DNA from: Mobula hypostoma
Taxonomy: Eukaryota
Direction: 5' to 3'
Length of the DNA stretch: 64,000 nucleotides
Assembly: GCF_963921235.1 (NCBI RefSeq)
Contig: NC_086108.1
Location: 11,284,001 to 11,348,000, forward strand
How positions within the stretch are numbered: position 1 is the first letter of the stretch; each line of letters opens with the position of its first letter. Position numbers and translations under genes: made by a program. Of the stretch, positions 52,415-64,000 are shown piece after piece. The notes under the pieces were generated by a model, which was given only the letters and a program-made list of their open reading frames with translations, had not been told where the DNA came from and made no database searches.

Positions 52415-53140
52415 GGGGCTGATAAGGCGTTTGATAAGGTTCCCCATTCAAGGCTCTTCAGAAAGTAAGGAGGCATGGGATCCAAGGAGAACATGCTTTG
52501 TGGATCCAGAACTGGCTTGCCCACAGAAGGCAAAGAGTCGTTGTAGATGGTTCATATTCTGCATGGAGGTCAGTGACCAGTGGTGTTCCATAGGGATCTG
52601 CTCTGGGACCCCTTCTCTTTGTGATTTTTATAAATGACCTGGATGAGAAAGTGGAGGGATGGGTTAATAAATTTGATGATGACACAAAGTTTGGGGGTGT
52701 TGTGGATAATATGGAGGGCTGTCAGAGGTTACAGTGGGACACTGATAGGATGCAAAACTGGGCTAAGAAGAGGCAGATGGATTTCAACCCAAATAAGTGT
52801 GAAGTGGTTCATTTTGGGAGGTCAAATTTGAAGAAAGAATATAATATAAATGGCAAGACTCTTGGCAGTGTGGAGGATCTGAGAGATCTTGGGGTCTGTG
52901 TCAATAGACACTCAAAGCTGCTGTGCAGGTTGACAGTGTTGTTAAGGTGTATGGTGTGTTGGCATTCATCAACCGTGGGACTGAGTTCAAGAGCCGTGAG
53001 GTAAGGTGGTCAGACCCCACTTGGAGTATTGTGTTCAGGTCTGGTCACCTCACTACAGGAAGGATGTGGATACTATAGAGAAAGTGCAGAGGAGATTTAC
53101 AAGAATGTTGCCTGGATTGGAGGGTGTACTTTATGAGAAT
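52415..53140 (+). mobile_element. CR1 LINE RT fragment
   Basis: IFINDLD..KFDDDTK.GG..LQ.D.DR..W; VRPHLEYCVQVWSPHYRKD. Confidence 0.88.
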
Positions 53141-53144
53141 AGGA

Positions 53145-54815
53145 GGTCGTTGGAAGTACAACAACTCTGGCAGGGTTTGCAAGAAATTATTTCCCACAAA
53201 GCAAAACTCAATAGCATGAATGGCACAGATGCTTCACTACCAGATGAACTTAACGCCTTCTATGCCCGCTTTGAAAGGGAGAATATAACTACAGCTGTGA
53301 AGATCTCTGTTGCACCTGATGACCCTGTGATCTCTGTTTCAGAGGCCAATATTAGCCTGTCTTTAAAAAGAGTGAACCCTTGCAAGGCCGAAGGTCCCAA
53401 TGGAGTTCCTGGTAAGGCTCTGAAAACCTGTGCCAACCAACTAGTAGGAGTATTCAAGGACATTTTCAACTTCTCACTGCTACGGGCAGAAGTTCCCACT
53501 TGCTTCAAATAGGGAACAATTATACCAGTGTCTAAGAAGAATAATATGAGCTGCCTTAATGACTATCGCCTGGTAGCACTCACATTGACAATGATGAAAT
53601 GCTTTGAGAGGTTAATCACGACTAGACTGAACTCCTGCCTCAGCAAGGACCTGGACTCACTGCAATTTGCCTTTTGCCACAATAAGTTAATGGCAAATGC
53701 AATCTCAATGGCTCTTCACACGGCTTTAGACCACCTAGACAATACAAACAACTACAGTATGTCAGGATGCTGTTCATTGACTATAACTCAGCATTTAACA
53801 CCATCATTCCCACAATCCTGATTGAGGAGTTACAGAACCTGGGCCTCTGTACCTCCCTCTGCAATTGGATCCTTGACTTCCTAACTGGAAGACCACAATC
53901 TGTGAGGATTGGGGATAATATCTCCTCCTCGCTGACGATCAACACTGGTGAACCTCAAGGGTGTGTGCTTAGCCCATTGCTCTACTCTCTGTATACATAA
54001 GACTGTGTGGCTAGGCATAGCTTAAATACCGTCTATAAATTTGCTAATGATACAAACATTGTTGGTAGAGACTCAGATGGTGGCGAGAGGGCGTACAGGA
54101 GTGAGATATGGCAACTAGTGGAGCGGTGCCGCAGTGGCAACCTGGCACTCAACATCAGTAAGACGAAAGAGCTGATTGTGGACTTTAGGAAGGGTAAGAT
54201 GAAGGAACACATACCAGTCCTCACCGAGGGATCAGAAGTGGAGAAAGTGAGCAGTTTTAAGTTCCTGGGTGTTAAGATCTCTGAGGACTTAACCTGGTCC
54301 CATCATAAAGAAGACAAGACAGTGTCTATACTTCATTAGGAGTTTGAAGAAATTTTGTATGACAACAAATACACTCAAACACTTCTATAGATGTACTGTG
54401 GACAGCATTCTGACAGGCTGCATCACCATCTGGTATGGGGGTTGGGGGCTGCAGAAAGAAGCTGCAGAGGGCTGTAAATTTAGTTGGCTCCAACTTGGGT
54501 ACTAGCCTACAAAGATTCCAGGATATCTTCAAGGAGTGGTTTCCCAGAAAGGTGGTGTCCATTATTAAGGACCTCCAGCACCCAGGTCATGCCCTTTTCT
54601 CACTGTTACCATCAGATAGGAGGTACAGAAGCTTGAAGGCACACACTTAGCAATTCAGGAACAGCTTCTTCCCCTCTGCCATCCAATTCCTAAATGGACA
54701 TTGAATCCGTGAACACTATCTCACTTTTTTAAGATATATTATTTCTGCTTTTTGCACAATTTTTAATCTATTCAATATATGTATACTGTAATTTATTTAT
54801 TTATTTATTTATTTA
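53145..54815 (+). mobile_element. Rex/Babar LINE, RT region to 3' UTR (disrupted)
   Basis: [74 protein letters not shown]; several stops and frameshifts. Confidence 0.92.
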
Positions 54816-55261
54816 GGTTTACGGTTGGGCGCCGGACGCTCAGAGAGAATCGGAGGGGGGCAGGTGCCTGGTGCTGGGCCAGGGGCCGTGGTCGAGTGGT
54901 CGGCGACTTGGGCCGGCTCCCCCACCGGACTTAGTCTGGTGGGGAGGGTGTGAGGACACCCAGCAGGACTGAAAAAACAAGACCTGACAAAGGGCAGATG
55001 AGCTCCTTGTGAGCCAATGGCCATCTTCCGTGGAAGAGATTAAAGCCTCACCACGTATCTACGAATCGTATGCTATGCACCTAGTTAGAAGAGACGTGAT
55101 GAACTTGGGCACTACACTTTACTTTGTTTATCTATGTGTAATTCATTTGTAGATTTAATTCCTACTTTCCTAAGTTACTGTGTGTTATGTGTACTACTGT
55201 GCTTTACATCCTGGTCTGGAGAAATGTTGTCACGTTTGTCGGTATACAGTTAAATGACAGT

Positions 55262-55538
55262 CGTCGTCGTGGCTATCCCTCGAGGTTGAGGATGATGGTC
55301 TTCGTTCTGTTGATCAAGTGGCCCACAAGGTGAAGACGCCTGTGCGTGTATTTGTTTAACATGTACTTGATGTTGCACTCCAAGAAGCACATGATTCTTC
55401 ACAAATCAATCAACTGATTCCAATGGCATGGAAACCATGACGATTGGAGCTGATGGATTTGTTTCAGCCTTCATCCGCCTTCACAGCCATTGAGTTCAAA
55501 GTAACTTCGTCCGTCTGTTCCACCGTTGAGGTCTTGGT
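55262..55538 (-). mobile_element. 277-bp retroposed insertion with 7-bp TSD TGACAGT and (GAC)n tail
   Basis: tgacagt at 55255-55261 and 55539-55545; cgtcgtcgt at the left end; interrupts a taaatgacagtaaacttgac LINE tail. Confidence 0.7.
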
Positions 55539-56309
55539 TGACAGTAAACTTGACATGACTTGATGTGGAAGAACATGGACCAGGGTAGCTGTTTAAAAAA
55601 AAGCTCACTGTGGATGAAACGAGACAGTTTAAATTCTGTCAGAATTGGCGAGTGTCGAGAATTCTGTCGCAAAAAGTGGGGCTATTGATGTTGCAGTTTC
55701 CGCCAAGCTTGGCAATTATCTTGCAGACATTTCATCTCTAGTCGAGGTGACATCCTCAGTGCGCAGTTGTTGGTGTTTCTGTCTGGGAGTGCTTGTGTTT
55801 ATATATGCCCCATTCACTTGCCTCGGTCCAGATTGGCTACCCCTTCAGTTATCTTTGAATTCTATTGGCTCGCATTTCTTTGGTTGTTATGTTACATGCC
55901 GCTTGTTTCGATAAGTTTGTTTATGGAGTTATCCAAAGTGAACCACACTTCTAAAACTTCTCATGCCTGCTTCGTGTTTGTCTGCACCAGAACCGCCACA
56001 GTGGCTGTTCCAGGGTACTGAATAGTTCTGCCTTTATGGATGTTTTTAAGTCCAGTTTGTCCATAAGTCAAGAGGTTTCTGCTGTGAGTGCATGGAACTT
56101 GGCAAGGGTGATGGTAGAGACAAATACAATTGGGGTATTTAAGAAACCCTTAGGCCCATGGATTACAGAGAAAAGGGGGGCTGTGGGGGGGGGGTGGAGG
56201 GAAGTGTTAGATTAATCTCAGAGTAAGTTAAAAGGTTGGCACAATGTTGTGGTCTGTACTGTGCTGTAATATTCTATATAAAGTTGGAAAAGACACAGAA
56301 GTTAATTAA

Positions 56310-57147
56310 TTGTGGTAACATCAGCAAGGGAGATGAGGCTGAGTACAGGGCTACGGTAGGAAACTTTGTCACATGGTGTGAGCAGAAATATCTGCAGCTT
56401 AATGTGAAAAAGACTAATGAGCTGGTGGTAGACCTGAGGAGGGCTAAGGTACTGGTGACCTCTGTTTCCATCCAGGGGGTCAGTGTGGACATGGTGGAGG
56501 ATTACAAATACCTGGGGATACGAATTGACAATAAACTGGACTGGTCAAAGAACACTGAGGCTGTCTACAAGAAGGGTCAGAGCCGTCTCTATTTCCTGAG
56601 GAGACTGAGGTCCTTTAACATCTGCCAGACGATACTGAGGATGTTCTACGAGTCTGTGGTGGCCAGTGCTATCATGTTTGCTGTTGTGTGCTGGGGCAGC
56701 AGGCTGAGGATAGCAGACACCAACAGAATCAACAAACTCATTCGTGAGGCCAGTGATGTTGTGGGGATGGAACTGGACTCTCTCACGGTGGTGTCTGAAA
56801 AGAGGATGCTGTCTAAGTTGCATGTCATCTTGGACAATGTCTCCCATCCACTACATAATGTACTGGGTGGGCACAGGAGTACATTCAGCCAGAGACTCAT
56901 TCCACCGAGATGCAGCACTGAGCGTCATAGGAAGTCATTCCTGCCTGTGGCCATCAAACTTTACAACTCCTCCCTTGGAAGGTCAGACACCCTGAGCCAA
57001 TAGGCTGGTCCTGGTCTTATTTCCGGGCATAATTTACATATTACTATTTAATTATTTATGGTTCTATTACTATTTATTATTTATGGTGCAACTGTAACGA
57101 AAACCAATTTCCCCCGGGATCAATAAAGTATGACTATGACTATGACT
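56310..57147 (+). mobile_element. Rex/Babar LINE, young 5'-truncated copy with (TATGAC)n tail
   Basis: Unbroken frame WCEQKYLQLNVKKTNELVVDLRR..YKYLG..KGQSRLYFLRRLRSF..RKSFLPVAIKLYN; caataaag then tatgac x3. Confidence 0.9.
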
Positions 57148-57984
57148 AACCACAACTTGACAGTTTTGTAAAAGATGGACGTTTAAAACATAGTTCTGTT
57201 AAGAAAGAACAATTAGTAAAAGTGGTGAGAGAGGGGAAATGGGTTCTGCTGCGCAGAGGGAAGAATATCTGCATGGATGATGGGCATTTGAAAGGGAGCT
57301 CATTTTTGTGAGGTGCCCCTAGGTGGGATGTTCATAACTCATGGACGGCCTGTACTTGGAAAGTGGACAGAGAACGATTGGCAGATATTCCTACAGTCAC
57401 CATCTCCTCAGCTACAACCACGCTGAGTGGTGGAGAGGCCCAGGGAGGTGAACAGCCAAGCCCTTGATTGCCTGCTTCACTGAAGCTAAATGTCACGTTT
57501 GGGGGGGACTGCTAAAGGCTTTCTTTTCCTGTACACATGGCCACTGTTATATCTTATCTGTGAAGATTGTACAGCATCTTGTCCATTGTGACCTTAAATA
57601 TCTTCAGTGATGACTTAATGCCTTTAGTTAGATCTGTGATTGAATTGGGGACCTTATTCAAAATACATTCATTATCAAAGTACACAAACCTGAGAATCGA
57701 TCTGTTTAAAGAAACCACCCCCACGCAAAAAAAAACAAATTGAGCAAACGGAAACAAAAAGACGAGTGAAAACCCAGGATATGAAACACAAAATCGAAAG
57801 GCCCATTTCAGTTCCGCTCAGAGTTCTTTATCTTCAGGCCGTCCCAGTTCAAAATTGCCCAAATGAGCAGCAAAAAAAGGAGCAACTGGAAAAACTAGAA
57901 CACGTCATAACATGAATTAGAGTCCACAATCCACAAACCACATCAATTAAATCTTACTTTGGCACCATCCTTTGATAGCATCCA

Positions 57985-58212
57985 GGGAGAGAGAGGGAGA
58001 GGGAGAGGGAGAGGGAGAGGGGGAGAGGGAGAGGGAGAGGGGGAGGGGGAGAGGGAGAGGGGGAGAGGGAGAGGGGGAGAGGGAGAGGGGGAGAGGGAGA
58101 GGGGGAGAGGGAGAGGGAGAGGGGGAGAGGGAGAGGGGGAGAGGGAGAGGGAGAGGGAGAGGGGGAGAAGGAGAGGGAGAGGGAGAGGGAGAGGGAGAGG
58201 GAGAGGGAGAGG

Positions 58213-58273
<61 letters not shown>

Positions 58274-58330
58274 CATTTGAACCCAGGGGCCTTCCCTCAG
58301 GAGCAGTGTGAGAGGGAGAGAGAGAGAGAA

Positions 58331-58379
<49 letters not shown>

Positions 58380-58445
58380 AAGAGATAGAGAAAGAGAGAG
58401 AGAGAGACCATTTGAACACAGGGGCCTTCCCTCAGGAGCAGTGAG
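57985..58445. repeat. Polypurine (GGGAGA)n/(GA)n tract with two embedded copies of a ~40-bp unit
   Basis: gaccatttgaac(c/a)caggggccttccctcaggagcagtg at 58271 and ~58406; reverse-complement relative at ~38205-38245. Confidence 0.9.
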
Positions 58446-58789
58446 TGAGAGGGAGAGAGCGAGACCGTCACACGCAGACACCTTCGGCAGCAGCGAAGGA
58501 GGGGCTGGAAAGATGCGCTAAACACTCGCTCATCAGCCTCAGTCAATTAACAAATAACTCTGGCTTTCCTTATCCATATTTAACTGAGCAGTTGTATGTC
58601 TTGAAAGCATCAGCTGCTGTTAGTTCTATGTATAGATCATGTAAAGTGAGTAATCATTCTCGTTCCGGTGTAGTGGCATCTGTAATTGTCACAGAGTCTG
58701 TACCTTGTCTGCTTTAGCCCAGGCACTCTGGCTTGTCTCCTCTACATCACTGGTTTAAAATCACAGATGTCACTCCTGACTTTTCCCTA

Positions 58790-61100
58790 AGGAGGCATGG
58801 GATCCAAAGGGACATTGCTTTGTGGATCCAGAACTGGTTTACCCAGAGAATGCAAAGAGTGGTTGTAGACAGGTCATATTCTGCATGGAGGTCAGTGACC
58901 AGTGGTGTGCCTCAGGGATCAGTTCTGGGACCCCTTCTCTTTGTGAGTTTTATAAATGTCCTGGATGAGGAAGTGGAGGGATGGGTTAGTAAATCTGCTG
59001 ATGACACAAAGGTTGGGGGTGTTGTGGATAGTGTGGAGGGCTGTCAGAGGGTACAGCGGGACATTGATAGGATGCCAAACTGGGCTGAGAAGTGGCAGAT
59101 GGCGTTCAACCCAGATACAGTAAGTGTGAGGTGGTTCATTTTGGTAGGTCAAATATGATGACAGAATATAGTATTAATGGTAAGTCTCTTGGCAGTGTGG
59201 AGGATCAGAGGGATCTTGGGGTCCAAGTCCATAGGACACTCAAAGCTGCTGCGCAGGTTGACTCTGTGGTTAAGAAGGTATATTGTGCATTGGCTTTCAT
59301 CAACCATGAGATTGAGTTTAGGAGCCGAGAGGTAATGTTACAGCTATATAGCACCCTGGTTAGACCCCACTAGGGGTACTGTGCTCAGTTCTGGTCACCC
59401 CACTACAGGAAGGATGTGGAAACTAGAAAGGGTGCAGAGGAGATTTACAAGGATGTTGCCTGGATTGGGGAGCAGATATGGTAGGGTCTTTTAAGAGACT
59501 CCTGGACAGGTACATAGAGCTGAGAAAAATAGAGGGCTATGGGTAACCCTAGGTAATTTCTAAGGTAAGGACACGTTCGGCGCAGCTTTGTGGGCCAAAG
59601 GGCCTGTATTGTGCTGTAGGTTTTCTACGTTTCCACTCTTTAAGAAAGGAGGGAGGAAAAAAAAAAGATCGGGAAGTTTGAGGCTAGTTAGTCTGACCTC
59701 AGTGGTTGGGAAGATGTTGGAGTCCATTATGAAAGATAAGGTTTCATGGTACTTGGAGGCACAGGATAATGTAGGCCAATTTCAGCATTAATTTCTTGAA
59801 GATAAATCTCAGCTGTCAAATCTGCTGGAATTCTTTGAGGAAATAACAAGCAGGATAGACAAAGGACAATCGGTGGATGTTGTGTACTTGGATTTTTAAA
59901 AAGGCCTTTGAAACAGTAACGTACATGAGGTTTCTAAACAAGACAAGCACCCATGGTATTGCAGGAATGGTACTAGCAAACAACACAAGAAAGTCTACAA
60001 ATCCTGGAAATCTTGAGCAACGCACACATAATTCTGGAGGAACTCAGCAGGTCAGGCAGTATCTAGGTAGGTGGATAAACAGTTGACATTTTGGGCCAAG
60101 ATCCTTCTTCAGGACTGACATGGATAGAAGGTTGGCAAGAGGCAGAGAATGGAAATAAAGGAAGCCTTTTCTGGTTGGCTGCTGCTGGTGGTCTGAGTTG
60201 GGAAGGCTTCTTTTCACATTGTGTGTCAGTGATTTGGATGACAGAATTGATGGCTTTGTGGCCAAGTTTGCAGACGAAGGCAGGAGAATGGGGTTGAAAG
60301 GGATAATAAATCAGCCATGATGGAATAGTGGAGCAGACTCAATGGGTTGAATAGCCTAATTCTGCTCCTATGTCCTATGGTCTTAGTAGAAATGATGTAA
60401 TGCTAAGCCCTTATTAGGCATTGGTCAGACCACATTGGAAAAATGAAGTTTTCTGTTGGCATTGGAGAAGGTACAGAGGAGGTTCATAAAAATAATCCTG
60501 GGAATGAAGGGGTTAACAAAGGTGGAGCATTTGATGGCTCTGGACCTATACTCGCTAGAATTTGGAAAAATAAGGGGGAATCTTACTGAAACCTATCGAA
60601 TATTGAAAGGCCTAGACAGAGTGGAATTGGGAGGATGTTTCCTATAGTGGGGGAAGTCTAGTACCAGAGGGTACAGCCTCAGAATAGAAGGACATTCCTT
60701 TAGAACAGAGCAGAATTAGGCCACTTGGCCCATCGTGTCTGTACTGCCAATTCATCATGGCTGATTCATTTTCTCTGTCCAGCCCCAATCTCCTGCCTTC
60801 TCCCCATATCCCTTAATGGCCTGACTAACCAAGAATCTATCACCTCTGCCCTAAATATTCACAATGACTTGGCGTCGACAGCCACCTGTGGCAATGAATT
60901 CCACAGATTTACCACTGTCTGGCGAAAGAAATTCTTCCTCATCTCTGTTCTAAAAGGACACCCCTCTATTTTGAAGCTATATTCTCTAGTCTTAGACTCT
61001 CCCACCATAGGAAACATCCTTACCACATCCAGTCTATCAAGGCCTTGCAATATTCGATAGGCTTCAGTGAGGTCACCCCTCATTCTTCTGAATTCCAGAA
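58790..61100. mobile_element. Cluster of CR1 fragments (plus 58790-60710, minus 60710-61100) with a Penelope-type terminus at ~59990-60120
   Basis: SGVPQGSVLGPLLF..DDTKVGG; LVSLTSVVGKMLE; minus-strand RGDLTEAYRIL..VVNLWNSLP. Confidence 0.85.
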
Positions 61101-62730
61101 GGATTTCTCTGTCCTCCTTTAGGAAAACAGACAGAGAAAGGTTCTATAATTTCTCTGCCTTTTTCTAATTTCTCACTATTGAATACTTATGAATATTTGC
61201 CTCAGTCTGTAAAAGACAAACGTTACTTTGACTGAATGATTTCTTTTTACACACCTGCAGAAACATTCCCACCCTCATTCTATTTCTGATTAGATTAACC
61301 TTACATTCTCGTTTTGCATTTCCTGATCACTGTCTTGATTATCTTGTCCGAAGTCTGCAACCCGCCCAGGCCACATACTGGCTGGTTATTTGAGGGGATA
61401 GCATATGACAGTCCTTTATGCCAAAGATTGCCTCTGATTTCATCATTAATGAACTGCTGAACGAAATTTCATTTTTTACCTTAAAGCAACGTATTATTCT
61501 GCACTATAAATTACTTTATAAATGTTATCTATTACCAGTAGCCATTAATCTAGCCCTCCATAGATCAACACATTGTGATAAGGAGGTGGCTGGGAATGGA
61601 CCCAAGTGCAAGACACAGACACTAAAGTACTAGGGACAGGACTAGGATACAGGGCGATGGCAAGGAGATAGACAGGAAAACCAGGAACCTGGAACAGGAC
61701 TGGACAAGGGAGCTAGGAGCCCGGGCTTGGACTCTGAGCCAGAGACTGGACAAGGACCCAGTACCTGGCTCTTGCCTCTGGCTTGGACCCCAGAACTAGG
61801 CAAGGATGAGGCTTGGCAAGCAGGCAGGGCGAGGCTGGAGTGTGCAGGCTTGAGGGTAGAGGCTAGAGGCTTGGCAGGAGGCAGGAGGCTGGAGTCTTCA
61901 GGCTTGAGGCTAGAGGCTAGAGGCTTGAGGTGAGGCTTGGCAGGAGGCAGGAGGCTGGAGGCTAGGTAGGAGACTGGAGTCTTCAGGCTTGAGGCTAAGC
62001 AAGCTCCTCCTGGGCAGGGCGCGGATCACCACCCGACAGAGGCAAGGGACAGGAAGGGACAGAACCAACTGCAGGTAACGGCAAGATGGCCTGGCTTACC
62101 CGATGGGGGCAAGAGACAGGAAGGGACAGAACCAACCGTAGGTAACGGCAAGACGCCCTGGCTTACCTGAGCGGAGGTAAGGGACAGGAAGGGAGCTAGG
62201 TACAGGGTGGCTCCAAGACAAGACTGCAGGCGAGATGAGGCGAGAGTTACCAGCAAGACAAGGCAAGGCTTCTGGCAAAGCAAGGCCAGACAGAACTTCA
62301 GGCGAGGCGAGAGTTACCGGCAAGACAAGGCAGGGCTTCAGGCGAGGAAATAGAAGGCAGAGGAAGGGATACAAGGAGTAAGGACAAGAACAATCCAGCA
62401 GCCACGCCTGGGTCTCTGGAGGTATTTATGCAGCCAGCCCCAACGAGCATCAGCTGCCTCAATTAGCTCAACAAGGACAGAAACAGGGTAGACAGGAAAA
62501 CCTGGAGCAAGGGTCGATGGACCGGACCGTGAACCGGAATACGAACTTCACAGACCGCACCATGATAGGAGCGCCCCTCCCCCCCCCCACCACCCCATGG
62601 GAGTCTCTTGGTGACCAAACAGGGTATCCAGACTATGGACGACCCGGGCGGGTGGGAGAGTATTAAACCGAAAGGAACCCTGGGTGGCAAGAGGAAAGAG
62701 ACAGTGTCTATGTCGCTGGGTCCATGGTGG

Positions 62731-62742
62731 GCTGGATTGTTC
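62731..62742 (-). other. Putative self-priming PBS GAACAATCCAGC
   Basis: Abuts the 5' LTR; its reverse complement lies inside the LTR about 25 nt downstream of the TATA-like box. Confidence 0.75.
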
Positions 62743-63000
62743 TGTCATAAGGAGGTGGCTGGGAACGGACCCAAGTGCAAGACACAGACACTGAAGTACT
62801 AGGGTCAGGACTAGGATACAGGGCGATGGCAAGGAGATAGACAGGAAAAGCAGGAACCTCGAACAGGACTGGACAAGGGAGCTAGGAGCCCGGGCTTGGA
62901 CTCTGAGCCAGAGACTGGACAAGGACCCAGTACCTGGATCTTGCCTCTGGCTCAGACCCCAGAACTAGGCAAGGTCGAGGCTTGGCAGGCAGGCAGGATG

Positions 63001-63497
63001 AGGCTGGAGTCTTCAGTCTAGAGGCTAGAGGTGAGGCTTGGCAGGAGGCAGGAGGCTGGAGTCTTCAGTCTAGAGGCTAGAGGTGAGGCTTGGCAGGAGG
63101 CAGGAGGCTGGAGTCTTCAGTCTAGAGGCTAGAGGTGAGGCTTGGCAGGAGGCAGGAGGCTGGAGTCTTCAGTCTAGAGGCTAGAGGTGAGGCTTGGCAG
63201 GAGGCAGGAGGCTGGAGTCTTCAGTCTAGAGGCTAGAGGTGAGGCTTGGCAGGAGGCAGGAGGCTGGAGTCTTCAGGCTGGAGTCTTCAGGCTAGAGGCT
63301 GGGCGGGAGGCTGGAGTCTTCAGGCTTGAGGCTGGGCGGGAGGCTGGAGTCTTCAGGCTTGAGGCTGGGCGGGAGGCTGGAGTCTTCAGGCTTGAGGCTG
63401 GGCGGGAGGCTGGAGTCTTCAGGCTTGAGGCTGGGCGGGAGGCTGGAGTCTTCAGTCTTGAGGCTGGGCGGGAGACTGGAGTCTTCAGGCTTGAGGC
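63001..63497. repeat. VNTR inside the 5' LTR: ~5 x 52 bp then ~6 x 33 bp
   Basis: aggctggagtcttcagtctagaggctagaggtg.. with period 52 (63001, 63053, 63105...); gaggctgggcgggaggctggagtcttcaggctt with period 33 from ~63295. Confidence 0.92.
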
Positions 63498-64000
63498 TAG
63501 GTAGGCTCCTCCTGGGCTGGGTGCGGATCACCACCCGACGAAGGCATAGGACAGGAAGGGCCCAACCACAGGTAACGGCAAGACGGCCTGGCTTACCTGG
63601 GCGGAGGCAAGGGTCAGGAAGGGAGCTAGGTACAGGGTGGCTCCAGGACAAGACTGCAGGCGAGATGAGGTGAGAGTTTCCAACAAGACAAGGCAAGGCT
63701 TCTGGCAAAGCAAGGCCAGACAGAACTTCAGGCAAGGCGAGAGTTCCGGCAAGACAAGGCAGGGCTTCAGGCGAGGAAACAGGAGGCAGAGGAAGGGATA
63801 CAAGGAGTAAGGACAAGAACAATCCAACAGCCACGCCTGGGTCTCTGGAGGTATTTGTGCAGCCAGCCCCAATGAGCATCAGCTGCCTCAATTAGAGCTC
63901 AACAAGAACAGAAACAGGGTAGACAGGAAAACCTGGAGCAAGGGTCGATGGACCAGACCGTGAACTGGAATACGGACTTCACGGACCGGACCATGACACA

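Larger units (their letters stand above)
61574..63998 (-). mobile_element. Non-coding two-LTR mini-retrotransposon (LTRs 61574-62567 and 62743-63998; 175-bp internal region)
   Basis: Direct repeats tgt(g/c)ataaggaggtggctggg...ccatga(t/c)a; G-rich PPT at ~62574-62596 (minus); left flank cacat, right flank begins ca (window ends). Confidence 0.9.

Noticed and set aside
53006..53512. 168-aa ORF joining CR1 and Rex/Babar RT segments
   Set aside because: Chance in-frame junction of two decayed LINEs, both disrupted nearby.
55564..56000. LTR-like segment ending ...accgccaca
   Set aside because: No matching TSD or defined left end found.
57947..58546. Arg/Gly/Glu- and Ser/Leu/Pro-rich ORFs
   Set aside because: Translation of GA microsatellite.

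Overview
Eukaryotic, repeat-dominated DNA; the mix of CR1, Rex/Babar, Penelope and V-SINE elements suggests a cartilaginous fish (inference, not verified). Bases 1-~24036 are an uninterrupted tandem array of a 17-bp monomer (GACCACAGGGAACTCCA) with nested higher-order duplications; its many six-frame ORFs are artefacts. Bases ~24040-64000 are a nested TE landscape: a young Gmr1-type Ty3/gypsy LTR element (40787-45537, minus) whose single 932-aa ORF has intact Gag-protease and a gutted but still open pol; a two-LTR non-coding mini-element (61574-63998, minus) with a Tf1/sushi-like self-priming signature; four TSD-flanked solo LTRs; many CR1 and Rex/Babar LINE fragments; Penelope pieces with degenerate hammerhead motifs; SINEs; an ~80-bp hAT-type MITE; minisatellites and microsatellites. 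No host gene is recognised with confidence; a few candidate exons are flagged at low confidence.
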